Assembly: GCA_031261525.1 (NCBI GenBank)
Contig: JAISJM010000100.1
Coordinates: 1,376 to 65,375 of the forward strand
Direction of reading: 5' to 3'
From: Eubacteriales Family XIII. Incertae Sedis bacterium
GTDB lineage: Bacteria > Bacillota > Clostridia > Peptostreptococcales > Anaerovoracaceae
DNA length: 64,000 nucleotides
Position numbers and translations under genes: made by a program. The notes beneath the pieces were generated by a model that was not told where the DNA came from, did not search any database, and worked only from the letters and a program-made list of their open reading frames with translations. This document shows, piece by piece, positions 46,246-55,928 of the stretch (the stretch's first letter is position 1; each line of letters starts with the position of its first letter).

Positions 46246-46968
46246 ATGCAAAATAAGACGGTATCAATTGCAATAAACGGATTATTTCTTGCGCTATCAA
46301 TGATAGCGCTTTTTTTAGCGTCTGTGGTTCCATTGCTAGAGACGACTTTCATGACCGTTGCTGCGGTTCCGATTCTATTGATCTATCATCGCATGGGTAA
46401 ATTCTCAGGGCTTCTCTATTATATCGCAACGTTGTTATTGGGTTTGTTAATCATTCCCAATAAGACAGCAATCCTGATGTATTTCTGTGTAATGGGACCT
46501 TATGTTGTCATCAAACCTTTTGTCGAGAAGATTGCACGTCGCTCAAAGAAAGCCGCAAGTAAGGCAACACATACAAAAGAATCGCATGTGTCGTCAGATA
46601 GTCCCGTTGCTTCAAACTTTGATTTTCCAGATAAGGATATTTCTTACAAATCAGCAGGTAGGACTGAACAGAATCAGAAAGCGCACAAAAGAATTGGCAT
46701 CGACGATATTGTGAGTCCACGCAGTATCAAAGGTATCATCGTATATATTCTAAAGTTTGCAGTTGCAGCAATCCTGTTCCTTATCTTTGCCAAAATGTTT
46801 GAAGCGTCATTTGCATCCTTTGACTTCTCGGATATTCATATCAAAGGGGTGCCCATACTCGCAACGACGATTGCGGGATATAGTTTGTATATGATTCTTG
46901 CAGATATCTTTATCACCTTACTTTCTGGTATCATTGAACATAATCTATCAAAGGGGGTGAGACGATGA
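46246..46968 (+). CDS. Hypothetical membrane protein
   Basis: Several TM segments are split by a basic/hydrophilic loop. It overlaps the rarA start. Confidence 0.5.
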   Translation: MQNKTVSIAINGLFLALSMIALFLASVVPLLETTFMTVAAVPILLIYHRMGKFSGLLYYIATLLLGLLIIPNKTAILMYFCVMGPYVVIKPFVEKIARRSKKAASKATHTKESHVSSDSPVASNFDFPDKDISYKSAGRTEQNQKAHKRIGIDDIVSPRSIKGIIVYILKFAVAAILFLIFAKMFEASFASFDFSDIHIKGVPILATTIAGYSLYMILADIFITLLSGIIEHNLSKGVRR

Positions 46969-48242
46969 TTCCTTTATCGACGCGCATGAGGCCGAGAAGC
47001 CTCGATGAGTTCTATGGACAAGGACATTTTCTGCGGAAGAATTCCTTATTATACAATGCGATCAAGAACCATAGCTTTGAATCGGCGGTCTTCTTTGGTC
47101 CACCTGGGACTGGAAAGACAACGCTTGCGCGGATTATCGCGGCAGAGATGGATGCGGATTTTACAGAGATCAACGCATCAACAACAGGCATCAAGGAATT
47201 GAAAGAATTAATCGCGCATTCGAAAGATAAATTCTATTCGCTCGAGAAAAAACAGACTTACGTATATATCGATGAGTTTCATCGCTGGAATAAACTACAA
47301 CAGGATAGCTTGCTCAATGCACTCGAAGAGGGCGTCTTGCGATTCATCGGTTCGACGACGGAGAATCCTTACTTTGCAGTCAACAATGCGGTATTGAGCC
47401 GTGTCGGCAATATCTTTGAATTCAAGCACCTATCCGAGGGTGACATCTATTCATTGCTCAAGCGGACACTCCATGACGAACGCGGATTGAAAGCCTATGA
47501 TATTCAGTACGATGATGATGCGCTTCATCTGCTCGCGTCGATGACGAGTGGTGATGCGCGCGTTGCCCTCGACAGACTAGGTTTCATGGCTGACAATATG
47601 GAAAAGGATGCAGTCATCGACAAAGCGCTTGTTCAAGAAGCCATGCAGCGACAGACACAGTATTATGATAAGAGTGAAGATCGATATAATTTGCTCTCCG
47701 CATTACAGAAATCAGTCAGAGGCAGTGATCCAGATGCGGCAATTCATTATCTCGCGCGACTCATAGAGGGTGGTGCTGATGAGCTTATGGTTGGCCGTAG
47801 GCTCATGGTCATGGCGTCCGAGGACATTGGTATGGCATATCCGCAGGCGATTTCTATTGTCGAGTCCTGTGTGGAAGCGTCAAGAAAGATTGGATTTCCA
47901 GAAGCGCGCATCCCATTGGCACAGGCAACAATCCTTTTAGCTTCCTGTCCAAAGTCCAATGCTGCAAATGAAGCATATAATCGCGCAGCATCAGATATTG
48001 CAACGAAACGAATCAATGATGTTCCAGACCATCTGAAAGATACGCATTATAAAGGTGCGGCAGATCGAGGTCTCGGCGAAGGATATCTATATCCACATGC
48101 TTACGGAGGTTGGGTCGATCAACAATATCTGCCTGATAGTCTGCACAAAGCAGGTGTAAAATATTACAATCCGACAGAAAATGGCAGTGAGATTGGCTTC
48201 AAACGGTATCTTGAAGAGATTGACGCGTTGAGAAAGAAGTAA
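46965..48242 (+). CDS. rarA: Replication-associated recombination protein A (AAA+ ATPase)
   Basis: GPPGTGKTTLARIIA and YIDEFHRWNK are present, with a MgsA C-terminal region (LSALQKSVRGSDPDAA). Confidence 0.9.
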   Translation: MIPLSTRMRPRSLDEFYGQGHFLRKNSLLYNAIKNHSFESAVFFGPPGTGKTTLARIIAAEMDADFTEINASTTGIKELKELIAHSKDKFYSLEKKQTYVYIDEFHRWNKLQQDSLLNALEEGVLRFIGSTTENPYFAVNNAVLSRVGNIFEFKHLSEGDIYSLLKRTLHDERGLKAYDIQYDDDALHLLASMTSGDARVALDRLGFMADNMEKDAVIDKALVQEAMQRQTQYYDKSEDRYNLLSALQKSVRGSDPDAAIHYLARLIEGGADELMVGRRLMVMASEDIGMAYPQAISIVESCVEASRKIGFPEARIPLAQATILLASCPKSNAANEAYNRAASDIATKRINDVPDHLKDTHYKGAADRGLGEGYLYPHAYGGWVDQQYLPDSLHKAGVKYYNPTENGSEIGFKRYLEEIDALRKK

Positions 48243-48274
48243 CGATTTTCGGGGGGATGCCTAAAGATGTCATT

Positions 48275-48314
48275 TGTTGTTTGTTCCCGCTAAATGTTGT
48301 TTGTTCCCGCTAAA
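48275..48314. repeat. Perfect 20-bp tandem duplication (tgttgtttgttcccgctaaa x2) abutting the ispH-rpsA RBS
   Basis: Read directly from the sequence. Confidence 0.9.
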
Positions 48315-48325
48315 TAAGGAGAAAC

Positions 48326-50701
48326 ATGGCTGAGATTATAAATGCTGAACATATGGGATTCTGTTACGGCGTAAAACTTGCTGTGAGTATGGCAGAAACT
48401 GTATTGGCGAAACCGCAAGATAAAAGAGTTTATGCAATCGGCTCGCTCATTCATAACAAAAATGTCAATGATATGCTGAAAAGTAAAGGACTTACCGTTG
48501 TAAAGAGTCTTGATGACGTAGAAGCTGCATCCATCGCGATTGTCCGTTCTCATGGTGAAGGCAAAGCTTTTTATGACCGCGCAGAGGCAGATCAGATTGA
48601 CTTGGTCGATGCAACGTGTCCCAATGTCGCACGAATTCACAGATTGGTCTTTGAAGCATCTCAAGATGGCAAGTCCATTATCATCATTGGCGATAAAAAT
48701 CACCCAGAAGTGGAAGGTACTGCTGGATGGTGTGAGGACTCAAATGGTATTAATGGAAAAAATAATGAAATTTTTGTCATTGGTAGTATTCAAGAGGCGG
48801 AAGAATTTGTAGCATGTCATAAAGATTGGCAACCCATTTCGATCGCCAGCAGCGATGACATTTGCACACAAAGATATTTTGTCGTGAGTCAGACAACAGC
48901 GAGCGAACAGAAATTTTTTGATATCGTGGCGGTCTTGAAAGCAAATTTATCGCAAATCGAAGTGGTTAATACGGTGTGTAATGCGACACATTTGAGGCAA
49001 GTTTCATCGATGGAACTCGCAAAAAAAGTGGATGTAATATTAATTGTTGGTGACAAAGAAAGCTCAAATACGCAAAAATTAGCCGAAATTGCCAAAAAAT
49101 ATTGTAAAAAAGCATATTTTGTTGAAAATAGTTGCGATTTACCATTGAAAGAATTGCAAAAATATAATAAAATAGGTATCACTGCGGGTGCATCAACACC
49201 CACATGGATTATTAAGGAGGTTATTGCTAAAATGAGCGAAATTTTGAACGACACACAAAACCCAATGTACGAGTTGATGGATGAGATCGATAAGCAACTC
49301 AGAAGACCGAGGAACGGAGAAATCATAACTGGAGATGTTATCCAAGTTACTGATAAGGATGTTGTACTCAACATTGGAGGAAAAAAGGACGGAGTCATTC
49401 CAAGGAGTGAAGTCACACTCGAGCCAGGACAGACCCTTCAAGATCTATTCAAGGAAGGAGATGAGGTTCAAGCTAAGATTATCAAGAATGATGACGGCGA
49501 CGGCAATATACTCCTATCCAAGAAGAAGGTTATCGTCAGCGAGCACTGGGAAGATATCAATAAAGCCCTCGAAGAGGACACAACGATTGATGTCAACGTC
49601 ATTAGAGAAGTTAATGGCGGCGTAATCGCTGCATTCAACGAGATCAATGGTTTCATTCCGATGAGCCAGCTTTCAGATCGCTATGTTGAGAAAGCCAATG
49701 AGTTTGTTGGTCAGACACTTACTGTTAAGGTAATGCGTGTTGATCAGAAGCGCAACAAGGTTGTCTTCTCACATAAGGCTGTTCTTGCAGAAGAAAGACG
49801 CAAGAGAATGGCTGAGATTTGGGATCAGATTAGCGTTGGTGATGTCATTACAGGTAAGGTTATGAGATTCACAGACTATGGCGCATTTGTCGACATAGGT
49901 GGTATCGATGGCTTACTTCACATTTCTGAGATTTCATGGGGCAAGTTACGTCACCCATCAGAAGTACTCGAGCTCGATCAAGAGATCAGCGTAAAAGTAC
50001 TTTCAATGAACAAGGAAAAGGAAAAGATTTCACTTGGTTACAAGCAGAATCTGCCTGAGCCTTGGTCTGTAATCAATGAGAAGTATCAGATTGGTCAGGT
50101 TATCACAGGTAAGGCTGTACAGCTTAAGGACTACGGCGTATTTGTTGAGCTTGAGCCAGGTCTTGACGGACTTGTACATATTTCTGAAGTTGCTTTCAAG
50201 AGAGTCAACAATATCTCTGAAGAAGTTAAGGTTGGACAGGATGTACAGGCGAAGATTCTTGATATCGACAAAGATAAGAAGAGAATCAGCCTTTCAATCA
50301 AGGAGACACTCGACCGCGACGCTTATGAAGCGGAGTTAAGAGCGGAAGAAGCAAAAGCAGGCGATCCATCGAAAGAAGCATTTGATGCTGATAAGGATCA
50401 AGAGCTTGAGATTCCAGATCCAGATGGCGTTGATGCTGGCGAGAAGTCAGAACCAGGTCTTCCTTCACAGGAAGCTTTTGACGCTGACAAAGATCAAGAA
50501 TTTGAATTACCAGATGCTGATGGTGTAGATGTTGTCACACCAAATAAGTCTGGTGACCCATCTAAAGAAGGTAGAGATTCTGAGCTTGAGATGCCTGATC
50601 CAGATGGTATCGATGCAGGAAATCCTTCAAAGGAAGCTGTCGATGCTGATAAGGATCAAGAGCTTGAAATTCCAGATCCTGATGCTGTAGACGCGAAGTA
50701 A
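48326..50701 (+). CDS. ispH: Bifunctional 4-hydroxy-3-methylbut-2-enyl diphosphate reductase (IspH) / ribosomal protein S1 fusion with a C-terminal acidic repeat tail
   Basis: The N-terminal half is IspH-like (GFCYGV, ATCPNV, conserved Cys residues). Four S1 domains follow (G.VI.G.V...GA/VFV). This fusion is common in Clostridia. Confidence 0.9.
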   Translation: MAEIINAEHMGFCYGVKLAVSMAETVLAKPQDKRVYAIGSLIHNKNVNDMLKSKGLTVVKSLDDVEAASIAIVRSHGEGKAFYDRAEADQIDLVDATCPNVARIHRLVFEASQDGKSIIIIGDKNHPEVEGTAGWCEDSNGINGKNNEIFVIGSIQEAEEFVACHKDWQPISIASSDDICTQRYFVVSQTTASEQKFFDIVAVLKANLSQIEVVNTVCNATHLRQVSSMELAKKVDVILIVGDKESSNTQKLAEIAKKYCKKAYFVENSCDLPLKELQKYNKIGITAGASTPTWIIKEVIAKMSEILNDTQNPMYELMDEIDKQLRRPRNGEIITGDVIQVTDKDVVLNIGGKKDGVIPRSEVTLEPGQTLQDLFKEGDEVQAKIIKNDDGDGNILLSKKKVIVSEHWEDINKALEEDTTIDVNVIREVNGGVIAAFNEINGFIPMSQLSDRYVEKANEFVGQTLTVKVMRVDQKRNKVVFSHKAVLAEERRKRMAEIWDQISVGDVITGKVMRFTDYGAFVDIGGIDGLLHISEISWGKLRHPSEVLELDQEISVKVLSMNKEKEKISLGYKQNLPEPWSVINEKYQIGQVITGKAVQLKDYGVFVELEPGLDGLVHISEVAFKRVNNISEEVKVGQDVQAKILDIDKDKKRISLSIKETLDRDAYEAELRAEEAKAGDPSKEAFDADKDQELEIPDPDGVDAGEKSEPGLPSQEAFDADKDQEFELPDADGVDVVTPNKSGDPSKEGRDSELEMPDPDGIDAGNPSKEAVDADKDQELEIPDPDAVDAK

Positions 50702-50742
50702 GATTCACTAAATAGGCATGTATCAATGATAAGTTGATTATG

Positions 50743-50782
50743 AAAACGCGCAATTTTTCGGAGTTGCGCGTTTTGTTATTTT
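50743..50782 (+). terminator. Rho-independent terminator
   Basis: The stem aaaacgcgcaa ... ttgcgcgtttt is followed by gttatttt. Confidence 0.7.
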
Positions 50783-50875
50783 ATCAATAAACGCACGTTT
50801 TTCTTATTGTAATTATTTGGAAATTATCATATAATATGCGTAGATAGCGTATAATATTAGCGAGGTGGAAAATAA

Positions 50876-51325
50876 ATGAGATATTCCAGACAAAATAAGA
50901 TATTAGAGCTGATCGCAAGTCATGAGATTGACACACAAGAAAGGCTTGCAGATATGCTGAAAGAAAGCGGCTTTGACGTCACCCAAGCGACGGTTTCGAG
51001 AGACATCAAAGATATGGGGCTCGTCAAGACGATGACGGAAAGTGGCGGGCACAAATATACCCCTGCTTCTGGAATCGCAGAGAAAACGGGCGATCGTCTG
51101 ATTAAGATATTTCGGGAAACCGTCGTCTCCGTGGCGCCGTCACTCAACATTATCGTCATCAAGACTCTCCAAGGCTGTGCAAATGCCGCAGCAGAGACGA
51201 TTGACAACCTTGGCTTGCCCTCTATCCTTGGCTCGATTGCAGGGGACAATACGATTATGATTATTGTAGATGAACTCGAAAATGTCGGACCATTGATTGA
51301 TCGTTTTAAAGAATTGATGAAATAG
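50876..51325 (+). CDS. argR: Arginine repressor
   Basis: RQNKILELI....TQERLADMLKESGFDVTQATVSRDIKDMGL is present, with a C-terminal GTIAGDNTI-type motif. Confidence 0.9.
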   Translation: MRYSRQNKILELIASHEIDTQERLADMLKESGFDVTQATVSRDIKDMGLVKTMTESGGHKYTPASGIAEKTGDRLIKIFRETVVSVAPSLNIIVIKTLQGCANAAAETIDNLGLPSILGSIAGDNTIMIIVDELENVGPLIDRFKELMK

Positions 51326-51349
51326 ACCGCAATAATCTGGAGGCAATGG

Positions 51350-53035
51350 ATGATAGAACACATATCAGTAAAAAATTATGCGACAATCAAGCATATCAAT
51401 ATGGAATTAGATAATGGTCTTACGGTAATCACTGGTGAAACAGGTGCAGGTAAATCCATCATCATCGGTGCCATTAGTCTTGCTTTTTTTGGTCGTGCAG
51501 ATAAAAGTATCGTGCGCTCAGGCGAGGACAAAGCTCAGATACAGGTTGTCTTGGATACACAGAGCCTTGCCGATAGCAATAGCAATAGCGAGGATTCTCA
51601 GCTTATCATCACGCGCGATATCAGTGCTACAGGTAAAAGTCTATGCCGCATCGATGATGAAATCATACCGCTTACCACGCTTACGGCGAAGACGGAAGGG
51701 CTGATTGATATCCACGGACAATATGACAATCAAAAATTACTCAATCCAGTCAATCATCTAAAAGTACTGGATAGTTTTGGTGCAGCGGCACTTGAAACCT
51801 GTATCGAAGAAGTCCATCGTGCATATGATGCGTATCGCAAGCACAAAAAATCCTATGATGAGCTTGCCGCATCTTTGAATGACTCTGCAAATCGCATGGA
51901 GTCGCTTACCTATGAAATCCGTGAAATCGAATCGGCAGGTCTCATCAGCGGTGAAGATGAAGATTTAAAGGCAACCATCGAAGTCATGCAGCATAGTGAA
52001 GATATCCATGAAGCTCTAGAGATTGCAATGGGTGCACTTGACGGCGACAATTCATCTACTGGCGCCTTATCTGCATCTGCTTTAAATGCCCTAGGAGCAG
52101 CAATGACGGCGCTACAAAAACTGGAGAATATTGACGATACTTTTAAACAGATGTCAACAAATCTAAGTGATGCCTACTACAATGTGGAAGAAATAGCAAA
52201 TATTTGTAGAACAAAACTGGAGTCCATCGATTTTACATCAGGCAGTTTAGATAAAGCAATTGCAAAATATGAACTCGTAGAAGAATTAAAACGAAAATAC
52301 GGTGGCAATCTTCTCGCAACGGTAGATGATGTCATAGAATACAAAAATCATGCAGAAGATTTGTTGAAAAATCTAGAACATGCCGAAAGCAATATCCTTG
52401 AACTCAAGTCAGCTTTGGCGCTTGCACTTCAGAATCTGAAGGCTGCGAGCCAAAAGTTGAGTGCAGAACGAAAGGCGATTGCAAAGAAACTTGAAGCCTC
52501 TATCGAATCGGAGCTAGGTGAACTGAATTTCAATAATGCTGAGTTTAAAATCATCTTCGAGGAATCAAAATACACGAGAAATGGTTGCGACAATGTGAGC
52601 TTCCATATCAAGACAGGCATCGGTCAGCCGCTTGCGCCAATCAATAAGATTGCCTCTGGTGGTGAGATTAGCCGAATTATGCTCGCAATTAAATCAATCA
52701 CGCATGCTTATTCGGGCATCGATACAATGATCTTTGACGAGATTGATAGCGGCATTAGTGGTGTGACGGCAAGCGTTGTCGGCAAAAAGCTCCATGAGAT
52801 GGCGAGTGGCAATCGCTCACAAATTATTGTCATCACACATCTACCTCAGATTGCCGCCTATGCCGATCATCATTATATGATTGATAAGAATGAATCGAAA
52901 TTAGAGACGATTACGAGCATTGGTAAAGTTGAGGGCGAAGATCGCGTTGTTGAAATTGCACGTCTGCTTTCAGGTGATAAGGTAAGTGAGACAACACTTG
53001 ATGCTGCGCGTGAGTTGATTGCGGCATCAAATTAG
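51350..53035 (+). CDS. recN: DNA repair protein RecN
   Basis: Walker A TGETGAGKSI, a long coiled coil, ASGGEISR and MIFDEIDSG are present. Confidence 0.9.
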   Translation: MIEHISVKNYATIKHINMELDNGLTVITGETGAGKSIIIGAISLAFFGRADKSIVRSGEDKAQIQVVLDTQSLADSNSNSEDSQLIITRDISATGKSLCRIDDEIIPLTTLTAKTEGLIDIHGQYDNQKLLNPVNHLKVLDSFGAAALETCIEEVHRAYDAYRKHKKSYDELAASLNDSANRMESLTYEIREIESAGLISGEDEDLKATIEVMQHSEDIHEALEIAMGALDGDNSSTGALSASALNALGAAMTALQKLENIDDTFKQMSTNLSDAYYNVEEIANICRTKLESIDFTSGSLDKAIAKYELVEELKRKYGGNLLATVDDVIEYKNHAEDLLKNLEHAESNILELKSALALALQNLKAASQKLSAERKAIAKKLEASIESELGELNFNNAEFKIIFEESKYTRNGCDNVSFHIKTGIGQPLAPINKIASGGEISRIMLAIKSITHAYSGIDTMIFDEIDSGISGVTASVVGKKLHEMASGNRSQIIVITHLPQIAAYADHHYMIDKNESKLETITSIGKVEGEDRVVEIARLLSGDKVSETTLDAARELIAASN

Positions 53036-53323
53036 GTAGGTGATGATGATCGGAATGGCTACGAGTTTGAACGGGCGATTCATTTTCTATTCACTTTATT
53101 GGCAATGAAAAGTAAACAAACGTTTTAAAATGTCGCAATCGTATGTTCTCTAACCTATTGACGAATTGCTGTTTTTATGGTATAGTTAAATTCGTCGGCG
53201 TATGTCGACGTTTTTTATTATATCATTCCATTGTTAATGTCAAAATTGTTAGAAATTCAACATAGTTACGACATTTGCGCTGATAAATTTTTCGCGTAAA
53301 TTGCATAGGGAGGCCATTATAAT

Positions 53324-53821
53324 ATGAGAATACTTGGCATCGATCCAGGCTATGCAATTGTTGGATTTGGCGTGATTGATAAAGTTGGCAATGGTTATAA
53401 AGTAGTCGATTTTGGTGTCATCACGACGCCGCAAGAGATGGATATGCCCGAGCGGCTCAAAACTATATACACAGAACTCTGCGAGATTATCAACCGATAT
53501 CATCCAGAAGTCTGTGGGATTGAGGATTTGTATTTTACAAACAATGCGAAGACTGCAATTAAAGTTGGACAAGCGAGAGGTGTGTGTGTGCTTGCTTGTG
53601 CGATGAAGGATATCGATACCTATTCGTATACGCCGCTTCAAGTAAAACAAGCGCTTGTCGGTTACGGGCGTGCAGAAAAAGCGCAGGTTCAAGCAATGGT
53701 GACAAGCATGCTCAGGCTGAAGGAAATCCCAAAACCTGATGATGCTGCAGACGCGCTTGCAATCGCGATTACACATGGAAATTCTGCGGAGTATCTCGAT
53801 AAGTTAAAACACGCGAAGTGA
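53324..53821 (+). CDS. ruvC: Holliday junction resolvase RuvC
   Basis: MRILGIDPGYAIVGFGVI and the catalytic acidic residues (IEDLYF, DAADALAIA) are present. Confidence 0.9.
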   Translation: MRILGIDPGYAIVGFGVIDKVGNGYKVVDFGVITTPQEMDMPERLKTIYTELCEIINRYHPEVCGIEDLYFTNNAKTAIKVGQARGVCVLACAMKDIDTYSYTPLQVKQALVGYGRAEKAQVQAMVTSMLRLKEIPKPDDAADALAIAITHGNSAEYLDKLKHAK

Positions 53822-53853
53822 CAGCGTGTGCCAAACAGAGGACACCTGATAGC

Positions 53854-53943
53854 GAGCATATCAAGTATATCGAACATAGCGAACACATTGAGCATATCGA
53901 GCATATCGAGCACATCGAGCATATCGAACATAGCGAGCACATA
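53854..53943. repeat. Ten tandem copies of a 9-bp unit (gagcatatc and variants) in the ruvC-ruvA spacer
   Basis: Read directly from the sequence. The array generates the spurious ORFs 53828-54010(+), 53689-53940(-) and 53769-54056(-). Confidence 0.9.
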
Positions 53944-53969
53944 TAGAATAAACTGGAGAAATAAAAATT

Positions 53970-54584
53970 ATGATTGGCTTTATAAAAGGCAATTTTGCAT
54001 ATACCTATGACAATACAATCGTTGTGGACGTGAATGGCATTGGATATGAGATTCATGTTCCCGCTTCGTCTGAGCTGCTTTTCAAGGAGGCTGGCGATGA
54101 GCTCATGGTCTACACCGTCATGACCGTGCGTGAGGACGATATGAGCCTCTATGGCTTCATGGAACGCGCTGAGGTTGCGATGTGGCGTATGCTTTTAACC
54201 GTCAATGGTGTCGGTGCGAAAGCAGCACTTGCGATTCTTTCGATTATGACACCAGCAGAGATTGCAAGTGCCGTTGCAAATGAAGACAAATCTGCATTCA
54301 CAAAAGCGAGCGGCATCGGCAAGAGGGGCGCAGAGCGTATCATTGTCGATTTGAAAGACAAAGATATGGGCTTCGCTGGCGAAGTTGTTCATGCGGATGG
54401 CACGAAATCTAGTATCTCACGCAGAAGCGGCGCACAAAAAGATAATGCGTTTAAAGTGGAGGCGGCAGAAGTGCTGACAAGTCTCGGATACTCGAAGGCG
54501 GAAGCGAGTGCAGCACTGGATCGCATCGAAGATAGTCTTCCGAGCGTGGAAGAGTATGTGCGAATTGCGCTTCGCTCCATGTAA
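53970..54584 (+). CDS. ruvA: Holliday junction DNA helicase subunit RuvA
   Basis: MIGFIKG......IVVDVNGIGYEI and the HhH region LLTVNGVGAKAALAIL are present. Confidence 0.9.
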   Translation: MIGFIKGNFAYTYDNTIVVDVNGIGYEIHVPASSELLFKEAGDELMVYTVMTVREDDMSLYGFMERAEVAMWRMLLTVNGVGAKAALAILSIMTPAEIASAVANEDKSAFTKASGIGKRGAERIIVDLKDKDMGFAGEVVHADGTKSSISRRSGAQKDNAFKVEAAEVLTSLGYSKAEASAALDRIEDSLPSVEEYVRIALRSM

Positions 54585-54624
54585 TATTCGTTCTCGAGAA
54601 TTTCACTGAAGAAAGAATGATTGA

Positions 54625-55899
54625 ATGATTGAAAGTTACGCAGATAAAAATAAACAAAAGAATGACGATTTCAGTGTCGATGATTTGGACGATTTTGGAA
54701 ACCCAATCACGGATGAGGTTGGTGGTCTAGATGATTTCGATGGCTTTGGTGACAGCTTTGGCACCCATGTTCGTATGCTCAGTCCCGATAAGGAATCACT
54801 GGATTTTGAGGATACTTCACATGATTACGCGCTGAGACCAAAACGTCTTGTCGATTATATTGGTCAGGAAAGTGTGACGGACAATCTTCAAGTATTTATC
54901 GAGGCGGCAAAATTAAGAGGCGAACCGCTCGATCATGTCTTGTTCTATGGACCACCAGGACTTGGAAAGACAACGCTTGCGGGCATTATTGCTCAAGAGC
55001 TCGGTGTTGAGATTCGTATTACATCAGGTCCCGCAATCGAACGAGCGGGTGATCTTGCTTCGATTCTTACGAATCTAAGTGAGGGTGATGTCCTCTTTAT
55101 TGATGAGATTCATCGCTTGAATCGTTCGGCAGAGGAAATTTTATATTCTGCGATGGAAGATTTTGAGCTTGATATGATTATTGGCAAAGGTCCATCCGCA
55201 AAATCATATCGCATTCCTTTACCGAAATTTACGATGATTGGTGCGACGACGCGAGCAGGAAGTTTATCTGCACCGCTGAGAGATCGTTTCGGTGTCATGT
55301 GCAAGTTTGAATTATATTCCGAAGATGCGCTAAAATCAATCATTGCAAGAACTGCTAGTTTGCTAGATGCCCCAATTGATGACGCGTCACTTCTGGAACT
55401 AGCAAGTCGTTCCAGAGGTACACCACGAATTGCCAATCGCCTGTTAAAGCGCGTGCGCGATTTTGCACAAGTAAAGAGCGATGGTTCTATTGGTCTTGAT
55501 ATTGCAAAAAGCACGCTTGATTCTCTTGGAATTGATGGCATCGGTTTGGAAAAAGTGGATCGTGATATTCTGAAATTGATTATTGAAAAATTTCTCGGAG
55601 GACCTGTCGGAATTGATACCATCAGTGCTGCCATCGGTGAAGAACGTATCACCATCGAAGATGTATATGAGCCGTATTTGCTACAAAAAGGGCTGATTCA
55701 CAGGACTCCAAAAGGAAGAATCGCCTCTCAGGATGCTTACATACATCTCGGATTGGAAGATTTATTGCGTACCTCTAGAGCGTACGGCGGTGCGTCCAGT
55801 TCAGATCTTGCAAATGTGAAAGGTTCAGGATTTGAAATCAATGATGGTGAATTAATCATCGACCGTGGCACACAGATTTCAATTTATGACGAAGAATAA
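54625..55899 (+). CDS. ruvB: Holliday junction DNA helicase RuvB, with possible acidic N- and C-terminal extensions
   Basis: [23 protein letters not shown] and FIDEIHRL are present. A canonical-length start would be ATG 54775 (MLSPDK...), but it has no clear RBS. Confidence 0.85.
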   Translation: MIESYADKNKQKNDDFSVDDLDDFGNPITDEVGGLDDFDGFGDSFGTHVRMLSPDKESLDFEDTSHDYALRPKRLVDYIGQESVTDNLQVFIEAAKLRGEPLDHVLFYGPPGLGKTTLAGIIAQELGVEIRITSGPAIERAGDLASILTNLSEGDVLFIDEIHRLNRSAEEILYSAMEDFELDMIIGKGPSAKSYRIPLPKFTMIGATTRAGSLSAPLRDRFGVMCKFELYSEDALKSIIARTASLLDAPIDDASLLELASRSRGTPRIANRLLKRVRDFAQVKSDGSIGLDIAKSTLDSLGIDGIGLEKVDRDILKLIIEKFLGGPVGIDTISAAIGEERITIEDVYEPYLLQKGLIHRTPKGRIASQDAYIHLGLEDLLRTSRAYGGASSSDLANVKGSGFEINDGELIIDRGTQISIYDEE

Positions 55900-55928
55900 T
55901 GAAGAATAGATAAAACAGAAAGTAGTAT

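Noticed and set aside
50722-50738. The ATCAA-N7-TTGAT palindrome after ispH-rpsA as an ARG box for the downstream ArgR
   Set aside because: It does not match the ARG-box consensus (TNTGAATWWWWATTCANW). It also lies upstream of the terminator of the preceding gene, not in the argR promoter.
53241-53275. A second Rex-like site (TTGTTAG-AAAT-TCAACAT) upstream of ruvC
   Set aside because: It has three mismatches to the palindromic consensus, and there is no biological rationale for Rex control of ruvC.
53689-54056. ORFs on both strands spanning the ruvC-ruvA spacer (SISSISNIAN..., MLDVLDMLDML...)
   Set aside because: They are produced by the 9-bp (3-codon) tandem repeat. They have no RBS and overlap the ruvC end and the ruvA start.
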